From contig NC_043013.1 in NCBI RefSeq assembly GCF_006345805.1, positions 13,640,001 to 13,704,000 of the forward strand: a DNA stretch of 64,000 bases. Direction: 5' to 3'. A program made the translations under genes and the position numbers. Origin of the DNA: Octopus sinensis. Its lineage: Eukaryota. This document shows positions 1 to 13,682 of this stretch, in pieces. Numbering within the stretch: position 1 is the stretch's first letter; each line of letters starts with the position of its first letter. Below the pieces are notes generated by a model that saw nothing but the letters and a program-made list of their open reading frames with translations, was not told where the DNA came from and did not search any database.

Positions 1-1230
1 GATGATTTGAAGTTTTGGAAGCTCATCTAAAATCGACGTATCTGTCCATCGTTAAGGTTCTTATTGTTTTCTTTAATTAGAGTAGAGCCGTCAGCGATAC
101 AGATAGGTGCAATCAGGCAATGCGAAGGACCGAAGTTGTCTTTGAACGGGTCGTAGAGTTCATAAGTTTTCTTTTCTTCAGCGAGTTGTTGGATCTTTTC
201 GGAGTTGCGGAGCCACCAACCATTCTGTGGGGCCTCAGCCCTAAGGTTATGCTAGTTTGGGACTAAGAAATGAAGATTTGAGAGGTGGGCGTTATGAACA
301 CGGTTTTTCGCCTGCAAAAGGGGTTGGATAATGTCTGCATTATCCAACCCCTTGAGTTCTTCATGTGGGATTTTCCAATAGTGGGTTCAGAGTGGGTGTG
401 TCGAATGATGGAGAGCGCAGAGTTCCAGAGTAAATTGAGTTCATTCTGATTCTGTTCGACCTCGATTTCTTCCCTATGTTATTTTCCATATTGCGAGGGA
501 GTTCTTGTAGAACTGGAAGAACTAGAACAACTGGGCAGACAGTAGCGACGTTTTTTTGTCTTTGGAGCTCAGTTTGTTTTGTTGTGCTGGAAAGACGGGC
601 CACATTAAGTTTTGGAAACACTTTTGCTTTTTCTGGCCGGAGGGCGGATTTGAAGACATAGGTGCGCGCATCGTATGGGGATCGACCTAACATTCTGCAC
701 CGCGCTTGTATTTGATGTAGAAGGCATCGTTCTGATCATTTTGACGAACACTCACGTAATTGAGGAGATACCATATCTTGGAGCGAAGGTGTATCCTTCT
801 CCAAGCTGAGTGTAGAGACTGGTAGGAGGCGTCTTTAGTTTCTTCATTAATGCCTAACATCGGGGCATATACACTGAAGATAGTGGCATGTACTTTGTTA
901 CTGAGGAGAATTCGAAAGGTCATCTGCCGTTCAATTATATCGGTTGAAATCGAAGAGATGTTCTCCAGTAATGACCAACGGACAGCAAATCCTACACTAT
1001 GAATTCTATTTTTGATTTGAAAAAGTCCTTTCCAGAAGTATATATATCTTTCATCAACTTCAGTGAGAGATCCGTCATCAGAGAATTTTGTTATGGTGAA
1101 TGCATATCCACATTGCACCCTTTCAGTTAAAAGGCGATGAGCGCGGTCCTAAGGTTGGGTCGATCGTGGTCATCACAGTCAATCAAAGTTCGTATATTCC
1201 ATGTAGCGAAAAATGAGAGATTGTGATGGT
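1..1230 (-). pseudogene. Degenerate RTE-clade LINE, APE endonuclease region and downstream linker, truncated by the window start
   Basis: ORF 687..1118 has APE motifs (YIYFWKG, HSVGFAV, TIFSVYAP, WYLLNYV..RQ, RGAEC). The WNIRTLID-like start is near 1170-1205. Frameshifts and stops are present. Confidence 0.75.
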
Positions 1231-2010
1231 TTTCTTATTAATCTTCGACCGCAGTATGAGGATGGCTTGCCAGGTGCGGTATTCTAGCTAGGTAAAAAGG
1301 TCTGACATCTTTTAGACTACATTTCCTAAGCCTCTCCTCAACTGAGGCGCTGAGAGTCTTCAAAAGATCCTCCTGGTCACACAGATAGGACACAAATCGG
1401 TGTGCAGTCCCAGAGTCACATCGAGACCACCGTCTTGCCTGCACCACCAAGAAGGTGGGATAAGAGGTGTGAGAACAAAGCTTACGCACGGAGTTGTATA
1501 GGGTGATGGGACGGGCAGTTAGTCCCATTCGCATGCACCTGACTCTTGTTCAGCAGTACTTCGGTGACAAGAGAAATGTCCAAGACGACCAAAAGCTGTC
1601 AAGAAATTGCAGCTAGTTGCCGGAATCCAGGTTGCTACTCACTTGGGCAAGGTTTTAGGTTGGAGTTTCCATCTCGTAGAAAGATTGCCTCTCAAGGCTA
1701 ATGAGCTCCATCTGCTAACGAACAGAGCTATTTCTGAATGCTCTTTCACCATCTCACAGAAAGGATATCTACGCCCACATCCACCGAAACACAGTTGACC
1801 TTCAGTCGTAACCCTTACCATGAAGAAGTGTTATACCCCGTAATACAGGGCCCTTGCCTGAACTTGGCTGCTACTTTTACAGTACCTGCACCGCGACATG
1901 GAAGCGCTAGGCAAGAATTACCGCCGTATAAATTAGGGAAGATGACCCGAACTACCATCAACAAGGACCTTAGCTATCAGTAGCCAGGTCTCTATCGGAA
2001 GCCGGGAACC
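1231..2010 (-). mobile_element. Probable 5' UTR of the RTE element
   Basis: GC-richer non-coding block directly upstream of the endonuclease start, ending abruptly at AT-rich DNA near 2010. Confidence 0.45.
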
Positions 2011-2134
2011 ATAAATATGTACAAATATAAAACATAAAATATGCTTTATATATGTATAAAGATAAAAATAGAAAGCAACAGGATGCAATAGAATGTAGTA
2101 GAATAAGAATGAAAAAAATACACATTCTTTTATT

Positions 2135-2325
2135 CTTTTACTTGTTTCAGTCATTTAACTGCGGCCATACTGGTGCACCGCCTTTAGTCGAACAAATCGA
2201 CCCCAGGAATTATTCTTTGTAAGCCTGGTGCTTATTCTATCAGTCTTTTTTGCCAAACCGGTAGATTACGGGGAAGTAAACGTACCAACATCGGTTGTCA
2301 AGCAATGGTGTGGGACAAACACACA
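2135..2325 (-). mobile_element. tRNA-derived SINE, 3' half only
   Basis: Matches the 3' half of the full copy at 3596-4072 (cttgtttcagtcatt...atcggttgtcaagc). Confidence 0.8.
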
Positions 2326-3491
2326 AATAAATACGTATAGCTATATATATAGTTTGTAGTCCACCACAACACGTGGGTATGTGGGTATTTGGTTAGAGTA
2401 GTATGGAAGTTACAAAACTGTCCCGAAGTGGATGGAATATATTCAAATATATTAAAGAATAAAATCGTTAAATCCTTTCAGTGGCCAGCATATAAAACAG
2501 AAATTTTAGATAAATTCATATATATTTGATGCGAATATATTTGTGGTATTTGCATGTAATCGCAACTTTGCCTTTGCTTCTCTGTGAGTACGCATACATG
2601 TCTCACTTATTTCGCTCAGTATGCTTTTCTAATAGAGGAAGCCTTATCAAACTAATCCAGAAAACTTAGTTTTGCAAAAGTTGTTTCATTTCGATTTCAA
2701 AATTTTTATTGAAATTCTCATAAATATTCGCCGATTCATACCCTGCCCTATTTTAAACATACCCCGATATTGCTGAGTACAAACGACTTGTATGAACGAG
2801 AAATGCAGCAACAAAACCACTAACACTAAAGTTTAGGTTGAATCTATCTTCCTAGGTATACGTATATACTTGCCGTGATCCCTATCTACCTATATACATA
2901 CACACACGCATATGCATACATACATGCATACATACATACATATTACATGCATTCATACATACATAGACACACACCTACATACATGCATGCATGAATGCAT
3001 ACACACATATATACATGCATATATATATATATACACTTATTTTCTGTGTGTTCGTCATTGGGTGTCTAAACGACCCTCGATGTGGATGTATGTGTATATT
3101 TGTATAGATCTATCTTTTTCTCCCTCAAACGATATATATATATATACGTGTTACGATTTAGTCCTTTTGCAACATTGAAATATACCTTCCGGTACTTTTG
3201 CCCTGTATGATCATCCCCTACTATTATTCATATATTCGGGTATATTTCTATTTCTATTTATTTTCCAACTGCTAATGCTCTCTGTCAATCAATACACAGA
3301 CTGACCAATTCCAAAGACACCCCTCTTTATGTCTGTCTTACATCCCCTTCCCTCTCTTCTGTACTTTCTTCTCACTTTTTATAGTCCTCTTCCTACCCCT
3401 CCCTCTTTCATGTGCTTTCTCCTTCTCACCACGCTTACTTTCTGTCTCTCGTCTACTTTATATTTTAGAGAGTATTTATTTATTTATTCAT

Positions 3492-3522
<31 letters not shown>

Positions 3523-3595
3523 TTGTTTGTGTCTTTACTATTTCCCTTAACATGATTTTATTTTAAAATATTTTACTCTTTTTACTCTTTTACTC

Positions 3596-3854
3596 TCTTA
3601 CTTGTTTCAGTCATTTGACTGCTGCCATGCTGGAGCACTGCCTTTAGTCGAGCAAATCAACACCAGGACTTATTCTTTGTAAGCCTAATATTTATTCTAT
3701 CGGGTCTTTTGCCGAATCGCTAAGTTACGGGGACGTAAACACACCAGCATCGGTTGTCAAGCGGTGTTGGGGGGACAAACACAGACACGCAAACATATAC
3801 ACAAACACATACATATATATATTGTATATATATATATATATATATAATATATTA

Positions 3855-3889
<35 letters not shown>

Positions 3890-4072
3890 ATTATATATAT
3901 ATATTATAATACGACAAGGCTTCTTTCATTTTCCGTCTACCAAATCCACTGACAAGGCATTGGTCAGCCCGAGGCTATAGAAGACACTTGGCCAAGGCGC
4001 CACACAGTGGGACTGAACCCGGAACCATGTGGTTCCTAACCAAGCTACTTACCACACAGCCACTCCTACGCC
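3596..4072 (-). mobile_element. Full-length tRNA-derived SINE with internal (TA)n microsatellite
   Basis: Minus-strand head ggcgtaggagtggctgtgtggtaagtagcttg...ggttccgggttcagtccc has Pol III A and B boxes, and the tail is (AAGAGTA)-like. Copies occur at 14418-14815 and 26985-27397. Confidence 0.85.
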
Positions 4073-4307
4073 TATTTTGTTTTATTTTTATTCAGTTTTC
4101 CAGTTCAGTCCTTCTCATCTTTCATTCTTTCATTTTATAATTACAATATTGTCGTTTTCTCTCTCACATTTTTCTTTCTTTCTTCGATTCCCTTTATCTT
4201 TCTCTGATCATATCTTTTTCATCCTTCCCTATCATAATTCTTATAAAATCTCGCGCCGTCTGCACAACTCAAGACATTAGGCGAATATAAACGTAATGCA
4301 GTAAGAT

Positions 4308-4402
4308 GTTCCCTGATGATCCGTTGTTGTTAGAATCCATTCCACTTGAAACATCCAATGCAGTGTCGCAAAGAACTAGAATAGTGAAACGTACGTTGGA
4401 AC
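4308..4402 (+). ncRNA. Minimal type I hammerhead ribozyme-like motif (unit copy 1)
   Basis: gttcc-CTGATGA-[66 nt]-GAAA-CGTACG-T-T-ggaac: perfect 5-bp stem I, palindromic stem III ACGTACGT, long and poorly paired stem II. Confidence 0.6.
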
Positions 4403-5154
4403 GAACAATCTAGCTTTGTTTATCGGATTTGTCATGCATATATATGCGTGTGTGTGTGTGTTTCGTGCAGGCGTAAATGTCGTAAATATTGACATACAGA
4501 CTTAACATCGATAATTATTATTAAGATATTGCTCAAAAATATATTTTATCGCTGTCGAGCCTTTTGAGGGTTAGAGAGATGAGTAACAGGAAAAGATAAT
4601 TAACGGAATTATAATTGTTGGAAGCTATAGCGACACGGTATACAATGTTTTGATTAGCAGATATTTCTAATGAAATGAAAGTCTCCGCCACATCACATCG
4701 CAATTCGAAGGCAAAGCATTTGAAATCCAAAAACGAGAGATTGATAGGAAATAATTAATAAGCGAAAGATAGAGTGAAGCCCTAGCAGTCTGAAAACATT
4801 TTAGGGGTTACTGATTGCATGGGACATATTTTCAGTTAAATTTAGAAACTCTTCTTTACAACCTTGATAATATGTAGCTGCCCGTTCAACATTGAAAAGA
4901 GAAAGCAAATCACATACATACACACGTGCATATATAGTTACATAGATATATACATACAAACATACACACATAAATACCTACGTACATATACATACATACG
5001 TACATATACATACATACATACATACATACATACATACATACATACATGTATGCATGCATGCATATATAATTAAACTGCCATGGTTGCTAGCTGCAAAGTG
5101 AAAGAATTCGGAGTGTAGCATTACAGGGTTTGACAGGTAAATATATGAATCAGA

Positions 5155-5164
5155 CACACAAACA

Positions 5165-5245
<81 letters not shown>

Positions 5246-5265
5246 ACACAAACACACACACACAC
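5155..5265. repeat. (CA)n microsatellite, with an adjacent (TACA)n at ~4950-5050
   Basis: Direct reading. It explains the HTHT/CVCV ORFs. Confidence 0.95.
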
Positions 5266-6388
5266 TGACGCTCATACACAGAAGTATGCAGCGACATTCA
5301 ATATCCTTATTGTCCCTTGTAATTCAAGTACCATGCAGTTTTGATATACTTCTTCGTATTCCATTTGAAACTCTCGTTCACATTCTCATAATTATTCGAT
5401 GAATCATGTTCTGCTCTATTTTAAACAAACCTACACGTTGTATTATTATTTTTACTTCCTATTCAATGAATAATCACAAATATCTTTGTATAGAATCAAC
5501 CTTCTCTGGGCAAACGATATTTCAGCAAAGAAACATTGACTATATTCACGAAAATGCAGCAGGATAAAGCAATGATAATCTTGGCAGCGTTTTCTGGAAG
5601 TTGAATGTAGTCTTCGAAGAAGACTCAAAAGTACTCCTTAATTTTGGTGATGCATGACCTGTAGGAGCACATATTTCCATCTTGGTATTGGGTATGTAAG
5701 GGAATATTAGGGGTGGATTTAGCTATAAGCATTTAACATCCTTTCATTTAATACTATGATACATTGGTTGTTAGCTGCAAAGTGAAACAAGATGACAAAT
5801 ATCATAATAGGTTTGACATGTAAATATATAAATAAAACCACCACACATACAGATACAGGCACGCACTCACACATGTTCACATTCTCTCACGCATAAAACC
5901 ACGTTCAGTCTCCTTTATCTCTCTCGGAATTCATGTACCACGCAGATTTATTTAATATGTTTGTATTCGATTTGAAATGTTTGTTGAAATTCTCATAAAT
6001 ACTCTGCCCTATTTTAAACATGCCCAGGCGTTGCCATGTAACATCAACCCTTAGGAACGAGAAATGCAGCAACAAAGTCATTAGCAATAAAGTTTAGGTT
6101 GAACCTATTTTCATAGGTATACACGTACTTGCCGTGCTCCCTATCTACCTGCCGTATATACATACACACACGCGATACATGCACTACAGACCACACATAC
6201 ATACACATTGCATGCACTACATAAGATACTAACCTACATGCACCATGCATGCATACATACATGCATATATGTATACACTTTATTTGTGTGTGTTCGTCTT
6301 TGGGTGTCTAAGCGACATTCGATTTGGTTATATGTGTATATTTGTATAGATCTATCTTTTTCTCCCTGAAACAATATATATATATATA

Positions 6389-8762
6389 CCCCTGGCCCTG
6401 TGCGGAGGCACGAAAAAAGCACACCCACTACACTCACAGAGTGGTTGGCGTTAAGACGGTCAAGGTCATCCACCTGTAGAAACACTGCCAGATCAGACTG
6501 GAGCCTGGTGCAGCCTCCTGGCTTCCCAGACCCCGGTCCAACTGTCCAACCCATGCTAGCACGGAAAACGGACGTTAAACGATGGTGTTGATGATGATTC
6601 TCCCTCTTTGTTTCTCTCTCCTTTCTCTCTCACTTTCCCTCTCTCCTACTTTTCTTTTCTCTCGGACTCTCCCTCGCTTTCTCTTACTCTCTATCATTAT
6701 CTATCTCTCTCCCATTTATAAACAACAATAGATCTTGAGTAAGTTGAGAAATAAAATATTTAGAAAGATCAATCATAAATATCAGGCAGTGGCAACGGAA
6801 AGGTCTGCTTCAAGGCAGACAGCAAAACGCTAACATTTAAAAGGGACAGACGAACTTGCGAGCTGAATAAAAATAATAAAATATTGGAAAGCAAAGTTTG
6901 AAAGGGATAGAATCTGAGGATAGTAGAGTCACCATGGGGCATTTCTTAACGACGGACAGCAACGTATTGACAGTTTAACGGCTGGCGTAAAATTTTCAAC
7001 TTGATGTAAAAGAAAATTCGTAAACACCAACTTTTGAAGAGTGATTCTTCTCACCGACAGTAGACTCACCATGGCAAGCATTCAAAACCTCTTCATCATG
7101 GACGGCAACACATTGAAGATTAAAAGACTGGCGAAATTTTTTCAGCTTGATGTAACAGAGAATTCCTAAACACTCGCTCCTTTAATTTTAAATCCCCTTC
7201 CAGCCCCATTTAGACCCCTTTCATATTTTTGGTTAAAATAACCCGATTTCATTCGGGTCTACAGGGCAACATTTTATAAGATGAGGAATTTTGTCCTAGA
7301 GGTCACGCCTTTCATTTGAGGAAAAAATAGTTGTCATGCAAACTTGCCAGCACTTTTAACCCTTTCGTTACCAAACCGCCCAATGTCACCCGAAAATAAT
7401 TTTGGTTAATGTGACCACACCACCCCCGTATTTACCTATTTATATTTAAATGAGAATATCAGAGCAAATCTCTTTATTACATTCGTGAAAACACGTGATT
7501 ATACTTCGTAAACAGTTCATCTACAATTTTGTACAACGATCGAAGTGTAATTTTAATTCCGTGAAGTTTGGGAGATTTTTTTCCGAAATTTGTTTCTATT
7601 GTGTTTTCAAAATTTGTAATTCTGACAGAAAATGGATACGAATTTCATCATATCAAGCAGCGAGTCAGAATTCGAAGGATTTTCTACTGAAGACCTTGAT
7701 AAATCTAACTCTATGACTGAAAAAAAAACAGGACGTGGTATTTGATAATGGATCGGATGTTTCATTTTCCGAAAGTGAAAACAGTGAATCCGAGAGCTCC
7801 GACAGCGATAAAGAAAATGAATTGGCACCTGAATGGAGAGAAAATTGAAAAACTGTTTCTTTCGGTGATTTCTCTGTGGAAACTGGACCGAGCTACAGAC
7901 TTTCCCAGGAGAGTAAACCTTAGAGTATTTCTTTTTACTTTTTCGAATGAGCCTATTTGACATCATTACGGCGGAAACGAACCGTTACGCTAAATGTAAA
8001 CAAAGCGAAAGAAAGGATAGTTAGTGGTTTCCCACAACCTTAAATGAAATTAAGACTATTTTGCCATAAATATTATTATGGGTATCAGAAAGTTACCCAG
8101 AATAACAAATTCTATCGTAAAATTTTGTTGTATACCCAATTGAATATTAGCTAATAACCCATTTTCTATAGCGATGTTTGAACAAAATTTTGATAATTTT
8201 ATATTTTGTTGAATTTACCTGTATCTACCTGTAATTAGAGTCACTTTGTGACAAAAATCTTCCAAAAATCACATTAAAATATTGATAAATAAAAATGTTA
8301 TAGTTGTTTAATGAAACCAAACTAAATTTATGATTACGTTAGAACTTTCTTGAAACACATAAGGGGTGTATTTTGGTCAGAAATATAGTATCGAAAGGGT
8401 TCATAGGTGTGCATATTTTCAGCTGAACCGACCGACCATATAATGCACACTTTATACATATATATATATGTGTGTGTGTGTGTGTGCACGCATTATATTT
8501 ACAAATTATATATATATAAATTAAATTAGAGATAAAACCACTAAGAGGCAAAAAAAAAACATAAAAATAAAATATTATATAGAAAATATAGAATATTGAA
8601 AAATTTCAATTATTTAAATTTAGAATAAAAATTTTTAAATTATATTTATAATTTGTTTAAAAATATATATAACTATCAAAAAGTATTAAAAAGTTTAATA
8701 TGCATAAATACAGATATATACATTTTGTATATTTACATTATATATACATATTTATATATCGA

Positions 8763-8793
<31 letters not shown>

Positions 8794-9200
8794 AATGAAC
8801 GCAATGAATATTTGATTCATAATATTTGTTCTCATGATTGTGTGTTGTTGGTGGCAATGATAATTCTCCCTATGAATGCAGGCAGATAGATCAAAGGACG
8901 TCGTCTGACGAACTTATAAAGGAAATGGGAAAGGGAGTTGAAGGGAATACATTATATAAAGGGAGTGGAATTGTCAAAGTTATACATGAAGGTGAGTAAG
9001 AGGGGAATTGAGGAAATAGCGTGAGTGAGAAAGATGGCCCCTAGCAACCACACCTTTTAAGATAGGGATTTCTAACGTAGCCCACAGGCATCGTCACCTC
9101 ATTCTACATATCCATGTAAATTTTAGAGCGAATCGGACGGGACGTGGTGGCATTGAAAGCGAGCCAAACGGTAAAAATGGATTTCTGTTTTATATATAGA
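6389..9200 (-). mobile_element. Non-autonomous Helitron copy 1 (3' end missing), carrying a piggyBac derivative and a SINE fragment
   Basis: Minus-strand 5' end TCTATATATAAAACAG at 9200. It is collinear with the near-complete copy 18782-21880, which ends in hairpin + CTAG. Confidence 0.75.
7360..8399 (+). mobile_element. Internally deleted piggyBac-like DNA transposon (copy 1)
   Basis: TTAA|CCCTTTCGTTAC ... GTATCGAAAGGG|TTCA terminal inverted repeats. It encodes an acidic N-terminus and the start of a piggyBac (PGBD4-like) transposase: YFFLLF..I.AETNRYA..WFPTTLNEIK..IIMGIRKLP. Confidence 0.85.
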
Positions 9201-9235
9201 CTAGCTGAAGGTGACCCGCTCTACGCGCGGGTAAG

Positions 9236-9274
<39 letters not shown>

Positions 9275-12200
9275 TAAATACAGATGTATGCACTTTGTAT
9301 ATATAAAAATTATTATATATACATATTTATATATAGATACACACATATATATATAAATTATCCCAATAAATATCTGATTCATAATATTTGTTGTCATGAT
9401 TGAGTGGTGGTTGTGGCGATGATAATTCCCTCTATGAATGCAGACAGACGTAGAGAGTGAGAGTGTGTAAAAGCGCTGTGGATGGCAGGGAGGGGAGATA
9501 ACGGACGCTGTGAAACGATTTATAAAGAGAAAGTGAATGTAAGGGGAGGTAGACGCTGTGAAACGACGTTATAGATAGAATGTGAAAGGAAGGGAGAAAA
9601 GTGAGTGAGTGATGGAGGAAGACAGATACATAAAAGAATGTGAGTGTTGGATGTTTTGTTTGTTGGACCAATGTATTAAGGTAGTATTGTTTTATTGTTT
9701 TAAAACGAAAGAGGCAATGTGGTTGTTTCAAAAATCAAAAATCTGTTATAGTGAATGAAATTAGAATTCACACCCAGCTCAGTTTTAGAAAGAGTATCAC
9801 GATGTGAACTCATGAGTTGGGAGTTTGACTGAGAGAGTTTATATGGTGACACATGCCAGTCCTTTCGACACCACCTAAACAATGGAATAGTGTATAAAAT
9901 GTAATTAACAACTCATTCACTTTATGAATGTCTTATGTTAGCGAAGAAGAAACAATAACTTGACAAAACCGTTTAATGGAGACGTAGAAGGAATCGGAAA
10001 ATGAGGAATAAAGATAATGAGTTGGATCAAATATTTGCAAACATCTGAACCCAATGTTCTTTATGAACCATGTTCTTTTTAATGTCTTTATTTTCAGAAT
10101 GAAAGAATGAAGAGATAATGAAGAGGTGCAAAATAAAAAATCAAGCAAAATTTCATGACTTACAATCAGTTTTCTTTTGTCAGAGCCTCCTGATAAACCA
10201 CGTTCCTTGTGCGCTCATGATTGCCAAGAATGAAGAGTTTATGTGGATTTCCAACTCGAGAACAGGCTACGTACAATTGACCATGACTGAAAACCGGTTG
10301 TGACAGGTTAATGCCTACAATGTCCAGTGATTGTCCCTGTGACTTGTTGATTGTCATCGCGAAGCATAGTTTTATTGGAAATTGAAAGCGTTTAAACTGA
10401 ATGGGAACATCAGAGGTGAAATACTCATTTTATGTATCATTTTGATTGTTCCTACAAATGGTCCACTCAAAATTTCAGCAGTTATAACATGGCTTTGAAT
10501 CCTCCCTAATAACCATTCGGGTCCATTGCATATTTCAGGCGTTTCCATATTGTGAGCACCATGACTGGAGCACCAACTTTCAAACACAAATGATGAGGTG
10601 GAAGTCCCGGAGGTGTTAGCTTGTTGAGTAGCTCGGGTGGATATTTGACTGCATCATTCTCATCTTTATTTGTATCGATTGACATGAAAGAAACTATCTC
10701 ACCAGGAATGATATCAAGTACTTGTTTATTTGTAGCATCAGCTGTTGTATTATGAGGCGATAGAATAGCTCTTGCTCTTAGCCAATCGAGATCCTGGAAG
10801 TTTGTTTCGACGTCAGGTAAAACGGCTCTTATAAGTTCCTCTACATTTGGAACGAAATTCCCAAAAGGCAACCGAATATGCTCATCATCAACGAAAAGCA
10901 AGACTCCATCACCAAGATCTAATAGGTGTTTTGCGAAAGCCTCAGACTCCACATCACCATGTAGGTGGGCTCTCATGTTTGTTTGAAGATGGCGACTGAT
11001 AACACTGTGCCACACATAAGAATGCTTTATACATGCATTACCTCATCGGCTCTAGTGCCTGCTCGGACAACAGGAAGAGTTTGTCGAAAATCTCCTGCCA
11101 TGAGAAACGTAGCCCCCACCCATTATTTTTGTATTGTGACGCAAATCTTGGAGAGTTCTGTCAAGAGCTTCAAACATGGCCTTATTACTCATTGTAGCCT
11201 CATCCCAAATAAAAAGACTGCATTCACGAAGAAGTCTTGCTCTTGAGGAAATACGATCTATATTACATATAGGATTATCTTTCTTTCCAATGTCCATGGG
11301 CAATTTGAATGCACTATGTGCCGTACGGCCGCCTTGAAGCAGTGTCACTGCAATACCACTTGAGGCACATGCAATGGCAATTCGGCGTTCAGCGCGCAGC
11401 TTTGCGAGAATCAAATTGATAACGAAAGTTTTACCAGTACCACCTGGAGCATTCAAAAAAAAAAGCTTTCCTTGGTTCAACTATGTAACGCTGTCAATAA
11501 TTCATTATAAATCTCTCTTTGTTCAGGCAAAAGTCTTGGTTCATCTCGCGTAATTGTTTCCGTCAATCGGCATGTTGTAGTTTTTTCTGACATGTATTCA
11601 ACATCCAAAGCGCTTCATGATGGACAGGTGTTGGCTGATGGAATTCACTTAACCGCGTATAACATAGCGTCTGATGTGTCTGTCCATGTCGATTAATGCC
11701 TCATTATAAACATCGTCGTTGCCATCACGTAGCGCTAAATTAGCCTGTATTTCTTTGATAGGCTCTGTCTGAACGATTCCCAAAGGTTAAGAGGGTTGCT
11801 GGGATTACAGTGGATTAATATTCTACAAAAACAATCGATGCATTTGCCATGGCAGTTTACAATTTGAGCCTTCTGCTAATGTCCTGTGTAAGTGGTCGTC
11901 ATTGAGAAGAAGTCCGCGCCTCAAACATGCTTCCCTGTAAAGTGGCGCGATGATACCATCAACCGTGCGAAGATCAGCAAAAGACTTCGGTCCAGTAACT
12001 ACATGAATAGCATTCTCAAAAAGAAGATTTCCTGTTTGTAGGATGAATATTATACACACGTCCAATGACGTTCTTCCTAGAAACACCAGGCCAATTGTCA
12101 AGTTCTGTCCATGTGACCTGCGCTTCCAATTATTGTTGTTGTATGTGTACTATTCCGGTACTTCAGGGTAAATGAGAGTAGCAGCAAACTCATCAACTGA

Positions 12201-13682
12201 ACACAAATTAAAAATGCTGTAAGCGTAGTCCCTTTTGGATTTTCCATGACTTGACGTGCATTTTCTCTGTGAAGTAACCAGCTGTCTCTTCTGTAAATGA
12301 ACATTCAGTGTGGAAAACTGTTGGTGGCTTAGATGAATCTCGTATCCAAAATGCGCCACGCTGCATAATTGGAGGATACATACAACCAAAACGAATTGTT
12401 TAATTTCGTCATGTCTAAGGTCTTCATCACTGAACACAAACACGGCCATATCATCGCCCTTATTAATGTACTTGCAGAGGTATGTATGATTCTCCCGAAC
12501 TGCAGTACTCAACATTAATGTGTGCATTAAATGTTTTGGAAAGCAAAGGGTTGAATGGAACGATCCAGGCATTCTCAACATCGAATGTTTTAGCCGTTGT
12601 CTAATCGTAGCTGTGCGGCCACCCAAAACCTGGGTCACGCCTTCGGTAGATGGGATATCCCGTCATTCATAGTGCAGGTTTGACCGCAAAAGTCTCTAGG
12701 GTACCGCTTCGAACATCTTTTTCTTCGTCATGCATGGACTTCTCGGATTAAAGTCACCACATGGACCGTGAATCATATGCTTTGTCACACACTGCAGCAT
12801 TTTGATCGGGCAACTCAGCAGATATAATTCTGTCAATATCCACAGGGTGGATTCTATCGTGACACCAGGCTAGCATATGAACGTGTGGAAGACCTCTCTT
12901 CTGCCATTCCACAGTATACATCCAAGCAGACAGTGGGTAAAAAATATGCAAAACTTTCATTAAAAATAGCATTTTCTTCAACTTGGCATGAAAAACGCGC
13001 GCCACAATGTCATGTCTGTGCTCTGGCAGCTGCCCAGCGAACACATTGTCTTTAATCTCTGGCCAGGTAGGATTGCAGGTAAATGTAATGAAGAGGTCCG
13101 GCTTTCCAAAAAGAGTGAGTGAGGAAGACATACATAAGTTGTGGCGATGATAATTGTAGACCCCTTTTCACATTTTGATGAAGAGAACCCGATTTCATTC
13201 GTGTGTACTGGGGCCCACATATAGGTGTGTGGTGTTTGTGTGTGGTGTGTGTGTGTGTGTGTGTGTGTGTGTGCACGCTGTAGAAATTAAATTAGAGATC
13301 AAACCACTAAAAGGGAAATGAAACAGTAAAAAAAACGCAAACATAAAAATAAAAATATAATATTAGATATATGTATATATGTGTTTGTGTGTGTGTATGT
13401 TGACAGGTAGACAATAGAATGCGATGGCGATGTAATATTTGTTACTGTCCACGAACGCTGATAGATACATGAGTAAAATGTATAGGAAGGTAAGAGATAA
13501 GAGTGAGTGAAAATGTTCTTGGAAGAGAGTAAATAGCGAGAGAGTGATTTGAGGAAGACTTTACATTAAATAACGGTAGTTGCATTGTCAAATGAAGAGG
13601 AGTGAGAGAGTACTGGAGGAAATAGGGTGAGGTAGGAAGATGGCCCCTAGCAACCACACCTTTCAGTTTTATATATAGAAGA
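9201..13682 (-). mobile_element. Helitron with decayed RepHel gene and both termini
   Basis: 5' A|TCTTCTATATATAAAACTG at 13682. 3' hairpin acccgcgcgtagagcgggt followed by caccttcagCTAG|T at 9201. Confidence 0.88.
10166..13131 (-). pseudogene. Helitron RepHel (HUH Rep + PIF1-like SF1 helicase), frameshifted, N-terminus deleted
   Basis: PDLFITFTCNP, EWQKRGLPHVHML (HUH), YLCKYINKGDD, APGGTGKT (Walker A), GGRTAHS, IWDEATM, LKVGAPVM and TINKSQGQSL..HGQLYVACSRV are spread over many short ORFs. Confidence 0.93.

Noticed and set aside
10166-11480. Host PIF1 helicase gene
   Set aside because: Fused to an HUH Rep, frameshifted, intronless and bounded by Helitron termini.
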